From an uncultured Rivularia sp. (lineage in GTDB: Bacteria > Cyanobacteriota > Cyanobacteriia > Cyanobacteriales > Nostocaceae): DNA of 64,000 nucleotides. The stretch lies in the NCBI GenBank assembly GCA_963665115.1, contig OY762007.1, positions 1,408,001 through 1,472,000 on the forward strand. Direction: 5' to 3'. The notes under the pieces are model-generated. The model made no database searches, was not told the DNA's origin, and saw only the letters and a program-made list of their open reading frames with translations. The stretch's first letter is position 1. Every line of letters begins with the position of its first letter. Made by a program: the position numbers and the translations under genes. Shown here in pieces: positions 42,836 through 53,404 of this stretch.

Positions 42836-43918
42836 TTAGTTGTTAATTCTTAGTATTGCTGTTAATTCCTGTAGCTGCTGAGTTTGTATTAATGGTCTGT
42901 TACCCGGTTTAATCGGTTTTTTTAATTGATTATTATTTGTTGTTACTGGGGTTTGAGGTTTAGCGGATTGGATAGCATCTAATATAAACTGTTTTAATGT
43001 ATTTTCTTCTAAAACCGAATTGTTTGGATTATAGGATAAGTAACGATTAATTTCTAACTGTTCTATTTTAACTATATCAATTTTCATAGTTCCCATTCCT
43101 ACAGCTTTACCGCTACCAATTTTTAATCCCAGTCGGTTTTCTGGATCTTGTCCGAGAGCAATTAATAATGCTCCTAATTGCATTTTTGTTAGGTTGCTAT
43201 AATTCACATAAGTTGTAAATCTTTTTCCTAATTCTGCTTGTTGAATACGAATTGTAGGTGTGACTTCTTCATCTTCTTGGTAGGAATGAGGATAAAACTT
43301 TCTACCGCGAATTTTGTTATTGTTATCGTAATAAATTTTTTCCTGAGTTTCACGATTTTCAGCTTTAGGTTTAGGAGAAAATAAAGCAGGAATCAATCCT
43401 GTATCGAAACCTGATTTATCGTTATCGGGGTCATATTTCGCATCATAAAAATGTACTAATCCCAGCCAATTCATTGCTCCAAATATGACGCAAGCCGGAC
43501 AAAGTTCTGATGTATCTTTACATTCACTGTAATTATTAGGAATCTCTTCTCTTCTGGCATCAGTTTTGCACAAACAACTTCTTGTAATTGCTTCATAAAT
43601 TGAACGTACAACCCCCTTGAGCGAACTACCGGGAATAATAAGTCTGTGGTTTTGCTGTACGGAAGATTGAATTAAGCTTAATTTAGCGACATATCTTGCT
43701 GAAACAGTATCTATTTGCTGTGCTAAATCGCTACCCATGACGGTAATACCTGAATTTACGGATACAGGTGAAACAACTGTTAAATTCAAATATAATTTAC
43801 CGCTAAAACGTTTATTAGTTAGTTGATATTTATTGTGACCAAACTTTTGATTACCTTGAATGTTTATTCTGTCAGGTGCTGTTTGAGGAAGAGAAATAAA
43901 ATTATAGTTACTAGGCAT
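42836..43918 (-). CDS. Cas7-group RAMP (type III-D)
   Basis: IIPGSSLKGVVRSIYEAIT, CPACVIFG, IRGRKFY, KIGSGKAVGMG. Confidence 0.9.
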   Translation of the reverse strand: MPSNYNFISLPQTAPDRINIQGNQKFGHNKYQLTNKRFSGKLYLNLTVVSPVSVNSGITVMGSDLAQQIDTVSARYVAKLSLIQSSVQQNHRLIIPGSSLKGVVRSIYEAITRSCLCKTDARREEIPNNYSECKDTSELCPACVIFGAMNWLGLVHFYDAKYDPDNDKSGFDTGLIPALFSPKPKAENRETQEKIYYDNNNKIRGRKFYPHSYQEDEEVTPTIRIQQAELGKRFTTYVNYSNLTKMQLGALLIALGQDPENRLGLKIGSGKAVGMGTMKIDIVKIEQLEINRYLSYNPNNSVLEENTLKQFILDAIQSAKPQTPVTTNNNQLKKPIKPGNRPLIQTQQLQELTAILRINN

Positions 43919-43953
43919 ATTTTTTGAGATTTTTTTAAATTAAAGTTCACAAA

Positions 43954-44418
43954 TTACTTGTTTATAGTTAGAGCGACAAAATGCACTGTTGAAGTTTGAA
44001 CATCTTGAAAATAACGCTGAGCTAAAGATATTTTTTTCGGCTCTATATTATCTTGAGATTCATTTTTGTAAGTAAACCCTTGAGGGAATTTAGTTTCATC
44101 AATATCATAAAAATATGCATTGCGATCGCAAGTTTTCCAATGTTTACCAATAGAGTTAAATTCTAATTCCTTATTTGGCTGATTTTGACTGAGCAACAAC
44201 ACTTGATACCCGCTACTATTTTTTTTCCAGCGTAACTCTAATTCCACGTTAAACATTTGCCCTTCTGCACTAATAAATTCGGGTGGTAAATAAGTTAAAA
44301 TACCACTAACCTTGTGTTTCCAACGCAGAAAATAATAACTGGGTTGCCGATAACAATCTTTGAGTAATGTTTGTAATTTTTCAGAAGATGAAACTTGTTT
44401 ACAACCAACAAAAGTCAT
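43954..44418 (-). CDS. csx19: Csx19-like type III-D subunit
   Basis: EGQMFNVELELRWKK, LAQRYF...VHFVAL; size and position between RAMPs. Confidence 0.7.
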   Translation of the reverse strand: MTFVGCKQVSSSEKLQTLLKDCYRQPSYYFLRWKHKVSGILTYLPPEFISAEGQMFNVELELRWKKNSSGYQVLLLSQNQPNKELEFNSIGKHWKTCDRNAYFYDIDETKFPQGFTYKNESQDNIEPKKISLAQRYFQDVQTSTVHFVALTINK

Positions 44419-45386
44419 GCACTAACTCCCTGTGGTAAGATATCACGCCATTGACGAACAGCACGCTCAAATAAATCTGGGACACCCCTTTCACTATCAC
44501 CTTCCCAAATAAGCTGTACTCCAAAACCATAAGACATTTCTTCTGCTGTAATTATTGAGTCCTGTTTATCATCAATCGGAAATCCATACAGGTTTTCTTC
44601 TTGTAAAAATTCTCCTGCTCCTAATAAAAACGTTTTTGGCCAATTTAATTCTTTCCCAATGGCGTAGATTTTATCATCTCGCAACTCACAACCAGGATAT
44701 TGCACTACTGCTGAGTGAAGTTGTAGTTTGACTGTACCCATACCGCGAGATTTGGCAAAACCAATACCAAACCAACCGTCATTTAAGTCACGCAATACTA
44801 AACCAATTAAACCCAACTGTGCTAAAGAGAAATTTTTCAGGTGAATTTTTGTGCGAAAATCTCCAGATGTACAAACTTCGTAGTTAAATAATGCACCCCT
44901 GACAGCAGAGCCAAATACTCTATCGATCGCGACTCCATTACGTTCTTCAATTTTCAATGGTTGGGATGGATTGGGATAAGCATCTTCGATACGAAGCCGA
45001 CTAGCTATGATAGTACTGCCAAATAATTGGTCGGTAAACGAAGATTTTTTGTAGATTTCATGGGGAAGTAACTTCTTTTTTAATTCTTCTTGATTTCTAA
45101 TATTTTGCTTATCTAATGGATTACTAGCCCAAATAGTTGTACTATTTTCTGATGGTGGTTTATCATCACCTACAGTTCTGACAATGCGTTCGGCATGAGC
45201 GCGAATTGCCCCTTTAAGCGAACTTCCTGGTAAAAAAATCGAACGTCCACCAGCATGATAAGTTTCCACAAATTCCATATCAGGTTTAGTTGGGTTTGCA
45301 CCTTCTTTTCCCGACTTAATTAAAATTGGCCCATCGGGAATTATGCTGAGTTCAATAGTGCATTGGTTAACTAATCGCTTATGCAT
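44415..45386 (-). CDS. Cas7-group RAMP (Csm3-like)
   Basis: LPGSSLKGAIRAHAERI, RNGVAIDR, GFAKSRGMG. Confidence 0.9.
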   Translation of the reverse strand: MHKRLVNQCTIELSIIPDGPILIKSGKEGANPTKPDMEFVETYHAGGRSIFLPGSSLKGAIRAHAERIVRTVGDDKPPSENSTTIWASNPLDKQNIRNQEELKKKLLPHEIYKKSSFTDQLFGSTIIASRLRIEDAYPNPSQPLKIEERNGVAIDRVFGSAVRGALFNYEVCTSGDFRTKIHLKNFSLAQLGLIGLVLRDLNDGWFGIGFAKSRGMGTVKLQLHSAVVQYPGCELRDDKIYAIGKELNWPKTFLLGAGEFLQEENLYGFPIDDKQDSIITAEEMSYGFGVQLIWEGDSERGVPDLFERAVRQWRDILPQGVSA

Positions 45387-45388
45387 GA

Positions 45389-46255
45389 CTAATTTTCTCC
45401 GCTTGTGGTATTAGCTATAGATTTTTCTGGAATTAAACACCTCAAGTACCAAAGTAGAGCTTCAGTCCATTTCTTCTTGAAATCATTAATTTCTTCTCCT
45501 CGATACTGATATTCATCCATATTTCCTGCAACTTGATTTTGCATATATGTTAATAACTTTCCAGAATCACCTTCTGCATCAAACCACTGCATTTGGTCAA
45601 TTTCCAAACGCACAACTCCTAAACCACGAGAACGCCCACCTCCGAGCGGTATCTGTTCGCTTTCAAACTGATGTAAACCAATCGCCAACAAACCTAGTTC
45701 CCACTTTTCGGCATTTTCTACTACTACTTTCATATCAAAACTAGTACCAGAAGGAACTACCTGAAAATCATATAGTTTTCCATCTGCTGCTGTTTCAGTA
45801 TCCCTATCAATTGCAACACCATCTCGTTCTTGATATTGTCCAAACCATGTATCGGCAACTACGGTTAAATCCCGCACTTGAAATTTACTAGCAAACCAAG
45901 GAGAACCGAATAAACGAGAAATTGAATCAGTTTGCTCTAATAATTGATCTGTTAAAACAGCATCATCTTGATAATCTTCCTTTAACTTTTTTATTGCTTG
46001 GTTACGAGCTTGACTGGTAAAATTAGCTGGATCTTCTGCTAAATTGATATTAATCCCCCGCAAAAAACTTTCAAGACGCGATCGCAATGCACCTTTGAAG
46101 CTGGCACCAGGAATTAATGGTCTATCTAATGCATCTTTTATTACAGGTAAATCGGCTCCAATTGGTTCGGTAGAACGACCGGAACTAATACGTAATGCGG
46201 TGACTGTAGAAAGTTTTCCAGTTATTTCTAAACGATTTTTAAACACATCAAACAT
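45389..46255 (-). CDS. csm3: Cas7-group RAMP Csm3 (Csx7-type)
   Basis: ADLPVIKD, IPGASFKGALRS, RDGVAIDRDTETA, LGGGRSRGLG. Confidence 0.9.
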   Translation of the reverse strand: MFDVFKNRLEITGKLSTVTALRISSGRSTEPIGADLPVIKDALDRPLIPGASFKGALRSRLESFLRGININLAEDPANFTSQARNQAIKKLKEDYQDDAVLTDQLLEQTDSISRLFGSPWFASKFQVRDLTVVADTWFGQYQERDGVAIDRDTETAADGKLYDFQVVPSGTSFDMKVVVENAEKWELGLLAIGLHQFESEQIPLGGGRSRGLGVVRLEIDQMQWFDAEGDSGKLLTYMQNQVAGNMDEYQYRGEEINDFKKKWTEALLWYLRCLIPEKSIANTTSGEN

Positions 46256-46260
46256 AATTA

Positions 46261-46758
46261 TTATCCGGTTTGATTATTTTCTTCAACATTTTGTAAGTCA
46301 ATACGAGCGTCTATAATAGATGAATCTTTTTCTGTTTTTATTTTGTTGAGATACGTTAAATAGCGAGAACCATAACCAATATAACGACGAATTAACTGTA
46401 TCCAAATATATTTAAAATCCGCACCGGGGTTATCCGTTTCTATTTGTTTAGCTTTAACTTTGATAGAAACATCTATATCCTGAATGATTCGAGCAGCAAG
46501 AGAATCTTTACCTCTTCCCCATTTTTCATCCCTACCAACTTGATAACAAATAAAATTTTTAATCACTTCTGCGCTATCAGTTGTGTCAGCAACGCGGAGT
46601 AAATTATTAAACTGCGATTCCTCTAATTTTTTATTCCCAGATTTAGTATATTTACAATTATCTAAAGCGGTTTCTATTGCAATCACTAAATCATCTTCTG
46701 ATTGACGAATTGCTTGCTGTACTTTTAGCGCAATCTTTGGATCTAATATTTGAGTCAT
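46261..46758 (-). CDS. Probable small subunit (Cas11/Csm2-like)
   Basis: Small helical protein, ESQFNNLL...NFICYQVGR, position in operon. Confidence 0.65.
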   Translation of the reverse strand: MTQILDPKIALKVQQAIRQSEDDLVIAIETALDNCKYTKSGNKKLEESQFNNLLRVADTTDSAEVIKNFICYQVGRDEKWGRGKDSLAARIIQDIDVSIKVKAKQIETDNPGADFKYIWIQLIRRYIGYGSRYLTYLNKIKTEKDSSIIDARIDLQNVEENNQTG

Positions 46759-48032
46759 TTAGCCTCCTCTCGAAAAACTTGATGAAATTCATTACAAACT
46801 TCCACCTGTCCAAAACCTTCACAAGTGCGATCGCCTATTCCCGTTTTTGATAAATTTTCTAATGCTAAATACCATTTTTCTGGTTGCTTTGTACTAAATA
46901 AGTATACAGAACCTTTATTAGTAACTAATTCCACGTCTTTCATCAATCCCCAAGCGGAATTCCATCCACTACGGTAGTCATAGCTACTGTAAGCAACGTG
47001 CATTTCCAGCGATGAATCGTCAACATTGGTAAAATCTTTGAGCATACACTTTGAAATAACCGTAGTTCGCTGCCAGTTTTCGCTTAAAATAGCATCAGAT
47101 TGTAAATCGATAGTGAAATAAGTTTTACCTGTTAATAAATCATTTTCACATTTACCGAAAATAGACCAAAGTCCCCATCTAGTTTGCAACGTTTGATTAA
47201 ATTCTTCAATTCGATTTTGAATTCTTTTGATTGATGTTTCTTGTCTGCTAACTTCAATTTTGACTTTACCTAAACCCCTAGAAACAGAACCACCTATGCG
47301 AAAGTTATTTTTATTTCTTTGAATAAAATCTTGCAACTTTCCAGCTAAAGATTCATCAGAAACCCGCACAAAACCGCGAAAAACAAAATTATTCCATTCA
47401 TCCGTTTTAGTACTTTTCAAAAAAGACTCATTTAAAACTTGAATGCTGTAAAGAATTTCTTCTTCCGAAGTTGCACGACGGCGATTAATTCCCACCCGCG
47501 TTAAAAAACGGCTACTTGCATCATGACTGTAATAATGACTATCTACTAAGCTATAAAAACTACCGTAAGTTTCCACCTGGGGGTTTGTTCCTTGGGCGAT
47601 CGCTCTTGGATCGCTCGACTCAAAAGGTTGATTATAAGCTGCTGCACAAAAAGCATCAATAAGAGTATCAAAAACTCCATGTCCATTGCTACACTTAAAA
47701 CCCGGATTGGTTTTGGAACTAACAGCAGTTGCTGGTAAAACCTTGATTTGACTACTGACAGCTATCGATTCATCATTGATTTTCCTCACTGCTGGATAAG
47801 CATTGCCAAAAATAGCCGGACTTTCATCTAAAAATAAACTTTGAAAATCACCTCCATTTTCCGCTAGATTTGCAGAATATCGACCGGATAAATGTAAAAT
47901 TTGAGAGGCGATCGCACCCCGCAAAACCGAACCAGAAATATAGTTTTCTACCTCGCTAACGGAAGTACCGGGTTTTAGTTTTCCTAGTGCCAGGGGAGAT
48001 AAAGCTGTAATAGTTAATTCCAGTTGCGTCAT
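46755..48032 (-). CDS. csx10: Csx10 (Cas5-group RAMP)
   Basis: ALSPL, YISGSVLRGAIA, RVGINRRR, IGGSVSRGLG, GIGDRTCEGFG; start ATG 48032 overlaps upstream TGA. Confidence 0.85.
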   Translation of the reverse strand: MTQLELTITALSPLALGKLKPGTSVSEVENYISGSVLRGAIASQILHLSGRYSANLAENGGDFQSLFLDESPAIFGNAYPAVRKINDESIAVSSQIKVLPATAVSSKTNPGFKCSNGHGVFDTLIDAFCAAAYNQPFESSDPRAIAQGTNPQVETYGSFYSLVDSHYYSHDASSRFLTRVGINRRRATSEEEILYSIQVLNESFLKSTKTDEWNNFVFRGFVRVSDESLAGKLQDFIQRNKNNFRIGGSVSRGLGKVKIEVSRQETSIKRIQNRIEEFNQTLQTRWGLWSIFGKCENDLLTGKTYFTIDLQSDAILSENWQRTTVISKCMLKDFTNVDDSSLEMHVAYSSYDYRSGWNSAWGLMKDVELVTNKGSVYLFSTKQPEKWYLALENLSKTGIGDRTCEGFGQVEVCNEFHQVFREEAK

Positions 48033-48742
48033 GGCTTTACCTCTGGTAATAAACTTAACCAAGCCTCATCGTTTTTCGTAATTTTTGGTAATCCTTTCCA
48101 GCGCAACCAACCCAACCCCGCAGACTTGCTACCACCCAGAGCATGAATATGATGTAAAGCTGCAATTATCAAAGGTTTAGCATAATTTGGGCAGTCTGGT
48201 TGTAGATGAATTTCTCCTTTAAAACTTAGTTGAGCATTTGCGGGAGAAGTTTCTAATAAATATAATTTTTTCTCATCTGCGGTACGTCTTCTGCGGTTAA
48301 TTGTCACCCCCGGACGCAATACTTCTGGTAAATCTACTGAGGCAAAATCACAAATTAGGTCATCAACAATAATTCGTGAAGGTAAAATCGGATTGCCAAA
48401 TATCTGAGAAACCAAACAGTGATATCCTCGATAGCCAGAAACTTGATAAGCTGTTCTAAACTGACTAGAAACTTCCGTTTCTTGAGGGCAAAGTGATTTA
48501 GCTGTGGGTGCAGAAAAGATTTGCCATCCCAAACAACGCGCCAATTTCTCGCATTCATGACGCAATCTGCCTTTAAGTTGAGAAGCTGGAATCAATAGTT
48601 GCCCTTGTGCATTACGCACAATAGGTTTGTCAGCTAAAGAACCACTCGATCCACCTGCACCTACACACAATGCACTATCAATTACAGCATTGAGAATAAT
48701 AGTATCAGTTTCTATTGAAGTAAGGTTATCCAAATCAATCAT
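48029..48742 (-). CDS. Cas7-group RAMP (Csm3-like)
   Basis: SALCVGAGG...ADKPIVR, IPASQLKGRLRH, RPGVTINR, LGGSKSAGLG. Confidence 0.9.
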   Translation of the reverse strand: MIDLDNLTSIETDTIILNAVIDSALCVGAGGSSGSLADKPIVRNAQGQLLIPASQLKGRLRHECEKLARCLGWQIFSAPTAKSLCPQETEVSSQFRTAYQVSGYRGYHCLVSQIFGNPILPSRIIVDDLICDFASVDLPEVLRPGVTINRRRRTADEKKLYLLETSPANAQLSFKGEIHLQPDCPNYAKPLIIAALHHIHALGGSKSAGLGWLRWKGLPKITKNDEAWLSLLPEVKP

Positions 48743-51108
48743 TAATTTACCTCCCGTGGAGATGATTCCTCTGCAATAAATTCATCTGCTTCTTCTGGAA
48801 TAAATGGATATAAATCAACTAATTCTCGCCAAATCGTTTCGTAGGTCATTTTCGATTTTTCTGCTTCTTGTGATTCTTCTTGTAAAGACATCCAAGGTGC
48901 TAAATTTCCATGATTAGATGATTCTTTTGGTTGACACCAAGCTAATTCAAATCTTTCCTGTAATTCTTGTCTAGCCAATTCGTTTGTTAAACGAACGCGA
49001 AAATAGCGATAATTAAGGATAGCTGTACGCTTACCTTTTTCCAGTAAACTGCGAATTTGATAAAGTTGCGAACGAGGAAATTTAGCTTTTTTAAAAGCAT
49101 GAGCAGTTTCCAAAAGTCCTCCTAATTCATGTAGAGTATAGGGAGAAGCATAAAGCTTTAATTTGGATTGTCCATCTTTATTCTTAATTAATCCCTGCTC
49201 CCGAAATTCCTTGATATTAGAAGAAATCATCGTTACAGCTTTCATTACTAAAAAATCTACAGTTCCACTATAATATTGATGGTCTTTCTTCAATTCTTTA
49301 GCATATTTTTTCGCAGATTTTAATAATTGACTAACTAATTTATCTGCATAGTATATCGGTGTATCTTGCGCTGTAATTAAAACCCCAGTTGACATACTCA
49401 ACAGACATTTAGAAGCTGGGATATTATCTGTAATGTAACGATGTGTAAATGAATTATATTTCTCTTCTTTTAATGAATAATTTCGAGTTTGTAGTAATAA
49501 CCTTTCAAATTCATCGCCAATCATCTTAGCAATTTCTAAAGCCTTGTCAGCCGGTACAACTAAGAGTACATCATCACCACCAATAGTAATAATTTCAAAA
49601 GGATGAATTAAAACGGATTCTTTTTTCCTTCTGCTAGATTTAGCATCAGGTGTATATTTAGAAGGATGTAAATAACTTGCTAAAGCTTTGTAAACAGATT
49701 TCTCGGTAGCATTAAAAATATCTTGACTAAAAAGTCGATAGCTCTGGGATGTTTTAATCTTTTGACGAATATAGCCACCCATATTATTACCATCAGCATA
49801 GATATAAGCAACAAATCCTGATGGATTACTTGAGGAAGCAATTTCTCTTAAAGAGCGTGCTTCTTCTACTTTGTCTTTCTCACTAACACCAACAGAGCTA
49901 TAATATCGATTTGCTAATTCTTGGTTCCCTTCTTCTTCAAGAAACTTCTTAAACTTATCTACCCAACTAGGAATCCAAATATCACCAGGTTTCCATTCCA
50001 AACCAGCATTGTTATACCATGCATGAGAACTTTCCCGTTTAGCAACCTCTCCTACTAAACGTTTTCGCGCTAAAGGCTCCGATAAAAAGCGAGTATTTGG
50101 CAACTCTGCCGTCATGATTGCACAACGGCGATCGCTTTCATCTCGTCGTAGATAAGGATGAGTTTCAAACATCGGTGGGTAGCAACGACTGGGACGATTT
50201 TCAACAGAATTACCGTTCTGACGAGGAGTGAATTCGTTATTTTCAACAGAATTACCATTCCGACGACGGGTGAATTCGTTAGCCAATTTTCCCACCAATT
50301 CATTAAAATTCTTACGGTTGTGAAACCTTTGCAAAGGATTGCTAACTTCCGACTGCTCGAAATAACTTTTAACTATGGGATTTTCTTGATTTTTCTCATA
50401 CTTATCAAACCAAAAAGTATCTTCAATATTGTCTTGCAATAATCCAAATCGAAATTCCAACAACCGGAAAGTATCGCCAACCGCACAGGAATTTGCTGTT
50501 AAAGTTTCATCGGTATAGCGTTTTTCAATTGCATTCGCCAAATCATCAACAAAAGCTGCCGGACAAAATGCGAGAATATTACCACCTGTAGAGTAGACGA
50601 TCAATTCCGGAATTAAAGCTTGTCTTAGATTTAGATTAGGAAAATTTCTATCCAACCACTGCTCAATTGTAATTGACTTCTGACCTTCACCAAAAAAAGC
50701 AGGTAAATCAACCAAATTTATTCTATCGAGAAGCGCAGAAGCACCGCGTATATCATGGAGTTTAGCAGCTTCAAACACATATTGTTTAATCTTTGTCGCA
50801 CCACCATAAACCAAACCGATAGGTGTATCTTCATCCCAAAGATTTGGATATTTATCTTTTAATTGTAAAAGTGTCTGAGGTTGATATTCTTCACCAATAT
50901 CATAAAGTTGCTCTGCCAGCTTTACAAAACGTTGCACCTCATCAGGTAAAACCTGCTTTTCACCCTCACTTGCGCTTGTAGGAGCTAATAATACCTGTCG
51001 CATTTTCTTCAATTCACTGAGTTCATCCTGAACCAAAGTGTGCTTTTTGCCCCAAGCGAGACACCAAGCAAAAGCAGTGATTGTGCGCGTGCGAGAGTCG
51101 TTTGTCAT
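48742..51108 (-). CDS. cas10: Cas10, no HD domain evident, intact palm GGDD
   Basis: KIKQYVF...IRGASALLD, YSTGGN, YIYADGNNMG, IITIGGDDV, MSTGV, FPRSQLY. Confidence 0.95.
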   Translation of the reverse strand: MTNDSRTRTITAFAWCLAWGKKHTLVQDELSELKKMRQVLLAPTSASEGEKQVLPDEVQRFVKLAEQLYDIGEEYQPQTLLQLKDKYPNLWDEDTPIGLVYGGATKIKQYVFEAAKLHDIRGASALLDRINLVDLPAFFGEGQKSITIEQWLDRNFPNLNLRQALIPELIVYSTGGNILAFCPAAFVDDLANAIEKRYTDETLTANSCAVGDTFRLLEFRFGLLQDNIEDTFWFDKYEKNQENPIVKSYFEQSEVSNPLQRFHNRKNFNELVGKLANEFTRRRNGNSVENNEFTPRQNGNSVENRPSRCYPPMFETHPYLRRDESDRRCAIMTAELPNTRFLSEPLARKRLVGEVAKRESSHAWYNNAGLEWKPGDIWIPSWVDKFKKFLEEEGNQELANRYYSSVGVSEKDKVEEARSLREIASSSNPSGFVAYIYADGNNMGGYIRQKIKTSQSYRLFSQDIFNATEKSVYKALASYLHPSKYTPDAKSSRRKKESVLIHPFEIITIGGDDVLLVVPADKALEIAKMIGDEFERLLLQTRNYSLKEEKYNSFTHRYITDNIPASKCLLSMSTGVLITAQDTPIYYADKLVSQLLKSAKKYAKELKKDHQYYSGTVDFLVMKAVTMISSNIKEFREQGLIKNKDGQSKLKLYASPYTLHELGGLLETAHAFKKAKFPRSQLYQIRSLLEKGKRTAILNYRYFRVRLTNELARQELQERFELAWCQPKESSNHGNLAPWMSLQEESQEAEKSKMTYETIWRELVDLYPFIPEEADEFIAEESSPREVN

Positions 51109-51318
51109 CCAGTTATATTAGGAATTTTACTGATTTTATGTAACGCGATGCCAGATGACTTTCCGCCAATAGGCATTCGTTAGATGTGATATTTATATCA
51201 TTACTAGTTTCCGAATTCAAGAAAAAATTTCCGTATTTTTCAATTATGAAGTCGCAAATAGGCTTTTTATCGGAAGAATACGTTTAGTGGTTAGTTGTTA
51301 CTTTTCTCAGAAGAACTA

Positions 51319-52143
51319 GTTTTCATCCCCGTGAGGGGTTAAAGAATTAAAACTAATGCTCGATCAAGGTGGAACAGCTTCTGTTGCTGAGTTTCCATCC
51401 CCGTGAGGGGCTAAGGAATTAAAACCATGTCTGCTTTCCCCGGAGCGAAAGATGCTGGACAGTTTCCATCCCCGTGAGGGGTTAAAGAATTAAAACCAGA
51501 TTTGTAAGAATACATCAAAATAGCGAGGGAAAAGTTTCCATCCCCGTGAGGGGTTAAAGAATTAAAATAAAGAGTTGGAGGAATAGGAATTATCCTTGCT
51601 TCAGTTTCCATCCCCGTGAGGGGTTAAAGAATTAAAACCTTTTCTCCGGCTCTTGCTGGTAGCAATGGGATTAAGTTTCCATCCCCGTGAGGGGTTAAAG
51701 AATTAAAACACCTAGTGGAAAATATGGCAGTGGAACTCGCTAATTTGTTTCCATCCCCGTGAGGGGTTAAAGAATTAAAACGACTTGATTGACTTTCGCC
51801 CCATCGCTTGCAAGATGTTTCCATCCCCGTGAGGGGTTAAAGAATTAAAACACGAATATCTGGAACTGGAGCACACGTTGTGCATTCAGTGGTTTCCATC
51901 CCCGTGAGGGGTTAAAGAATTAAAACCAGTTTATTTTAGATATTTTTTCTGGATGTGGTAAAGATTGTTTCCATCCCCGTGAGGGGTTAAAGAATTAAAA
52001 CCGTTGATTGGGATTGCGATAAGAATGGAACTTTCTCGTTTCCATCCCCGTGAGGGGTTAAAGAATTAAAACAAGTTACAAGTAATAAATTCGCTATATT
52101 TGCGGATCGTTTCCATCCCCGTGAGGGGTTAAAGAATTAAAAC
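51319..52143 (-). CRISPR. CRISPR array 2: 12 repeats (GTTTTAATTCTTTAACCCCTCACGGGGATGGAAAC), 11 spacers of 35-40 nt
   Basis: Plus-strand repeat starts at 51319, 51391, 51462, 51534, 51604, 51675, 51747, 51817, 51892, 51967, 52038, 52109; variant repeats cluster at the leader-distal (left) end. Confidence 0.98.
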
Positions 52144-52411
52144 CCTACCTATTTAGAACCCTTACTATAACTGGATTCCAAGGTGCCATTTTAGCGGGGG
52201 GTCTAATTTAACTACCAATAAACCGAAGTTATCGATAAAAACTAACCCAAACACCAGCTTCAAAGCACCATGCAATAGTCAATTAGCGGGGGGTAACGGA
52301 AGAATCATTGTTATGGCGATCGCCCTACCCCCGCTAAAATCTTACGTATACTCTGTCAAAACAAACACTGCTGTTTTGAATTGGAAACGTATAATTAAGT
52401 TGTCAAGGTTC
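52144..52411 (-). promoter_or_regulatory. CRISPR leader 2
   Basis: Inverted homologue of 40400-40668 (e.g. ccgctaaaatggcaccttggaatccagttatagtaagggttct identical). Confidence 0.85.
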
Positions 52412-52516
52412 TGTAATTTCCTTGATAGAGTATAACAAAAAACTCTAAAATTTTTACAGCAAAATAACAAATTTAAGATTATATTTTTTTACCATACCCA
52501 ATGCCCCATGCCACAT

Positions 52517-52660
52517 CTTTTGGTATGGGTTTGCAGTTGCTTAGGGGAGATAATTTCCGCGCTCGTCTTGATTGGGGTATTCCTTTAGTATCGGTAAATT
52601 CAAGGAAGAGGACATGCCAAGAAAACGGTATTTATTTTACGTTGCAGTACAATCCTTATT
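52517..52660 (+). pseudogene. TpsB/ShlB-FhaC outer-membrane transporter C-terminal fragment
   Basis: GMGLQL...FRARLDWGIPLVSV...QENGIYFTLQYNP matches the end of cyanobacterial TpsB proteins. Confidence 0.75.
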
Positions 52661-52714
52661 TGTTAAAGTTATTGGCATATCAGATGTTGACAGTTCTACC
52701 GTTAGTCGCATAAC

Positions 52715-52986
52715 CACTGAAAGTAGAGATAGAAACCAGCGATGGTGATTCCGGGGATATCAAAATTGCCACACCAGAATTAACTATAAAAGATGGTGCA
52801 AATATTGCAGTTAATAGCCTAAGCAGAGGAATTGGTGGGAATATTGAACTAGAAACAGATGCTTTAAACCTTGATAATGGCTTGATAGATGCGACAACTC
52901 GCAGCACTACAGGTGGCAATATTAATGTTGAAGCAGATGATATTCTTACCATGCGTCGAGATAGTCAAATATCCACCCCGGAATAA
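52715..52986 (+). pseudogene. Filamentous haemagglutinin (TpsA) internal fragment
   Basis: Manual translation: GDSGDIKIATPELTIKDGANIAVNSLSRGIGGNIELETDALNLDNGLIDATTRSTTGGNINVEADDILTMRRDSQIST. Confidence 0.75.
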
Positions 52987-53126
52987 TAATACTAATCGCA
53001 GAAATAATTTTATCACTACTTTAGCCTGTCAAGAGCGTTAGAATCAACGTTCAGCAAACAAAAGGTAAAAAATTATATCTTGTAGATTCTCAACAAATTT
53101 AGCTTAATACAATATTTTGAGAATGT

Positions 53127-53219
53127 TAGGACTTACGCAGCAATCACGGAAAATATAGTGTTCCAGACATTCTAGATCCCCTTAGCCCCCCTTTTTTAGG
53201 GGGGCTTGCGTGAGTCCTG
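53127..53219. mobile_element. 93-bp MITE with ~13-bp TIRs and 5-bp target duplication
   Basis: TAGGACTTACGCA...TGCGTGAGTCCTG flanked by AATGT (53122-53126 and 53220-53224). Confidence 0.7.
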
Positions 53220-53404
53220 AATGTATTAAGAATTAAGCATTGCTATTGACAATATACACTCGCCCTGAATTAAAAATCCAGTTAAAGTTGACTTGGTGGA
53301 GCACTAGTTTGTCAAGCATAAAAATGCAAATAATTATGCATTAACTAGCTGGACTTAGGAATTAAAAAATTAGCATAATACAAATATTGTCGCAAAGCGG
53401 TTAA

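Noticed and set aside
51411..51824. Two 66-aa ORFs with repeated FNSLTPHGDGN
   Set aside because: Translations of CRISPR repeats.
40669..52143. Self-targeting spacers within the window
   Set aside because: None noticed by eye; a proper alignment is needed to exclude them.
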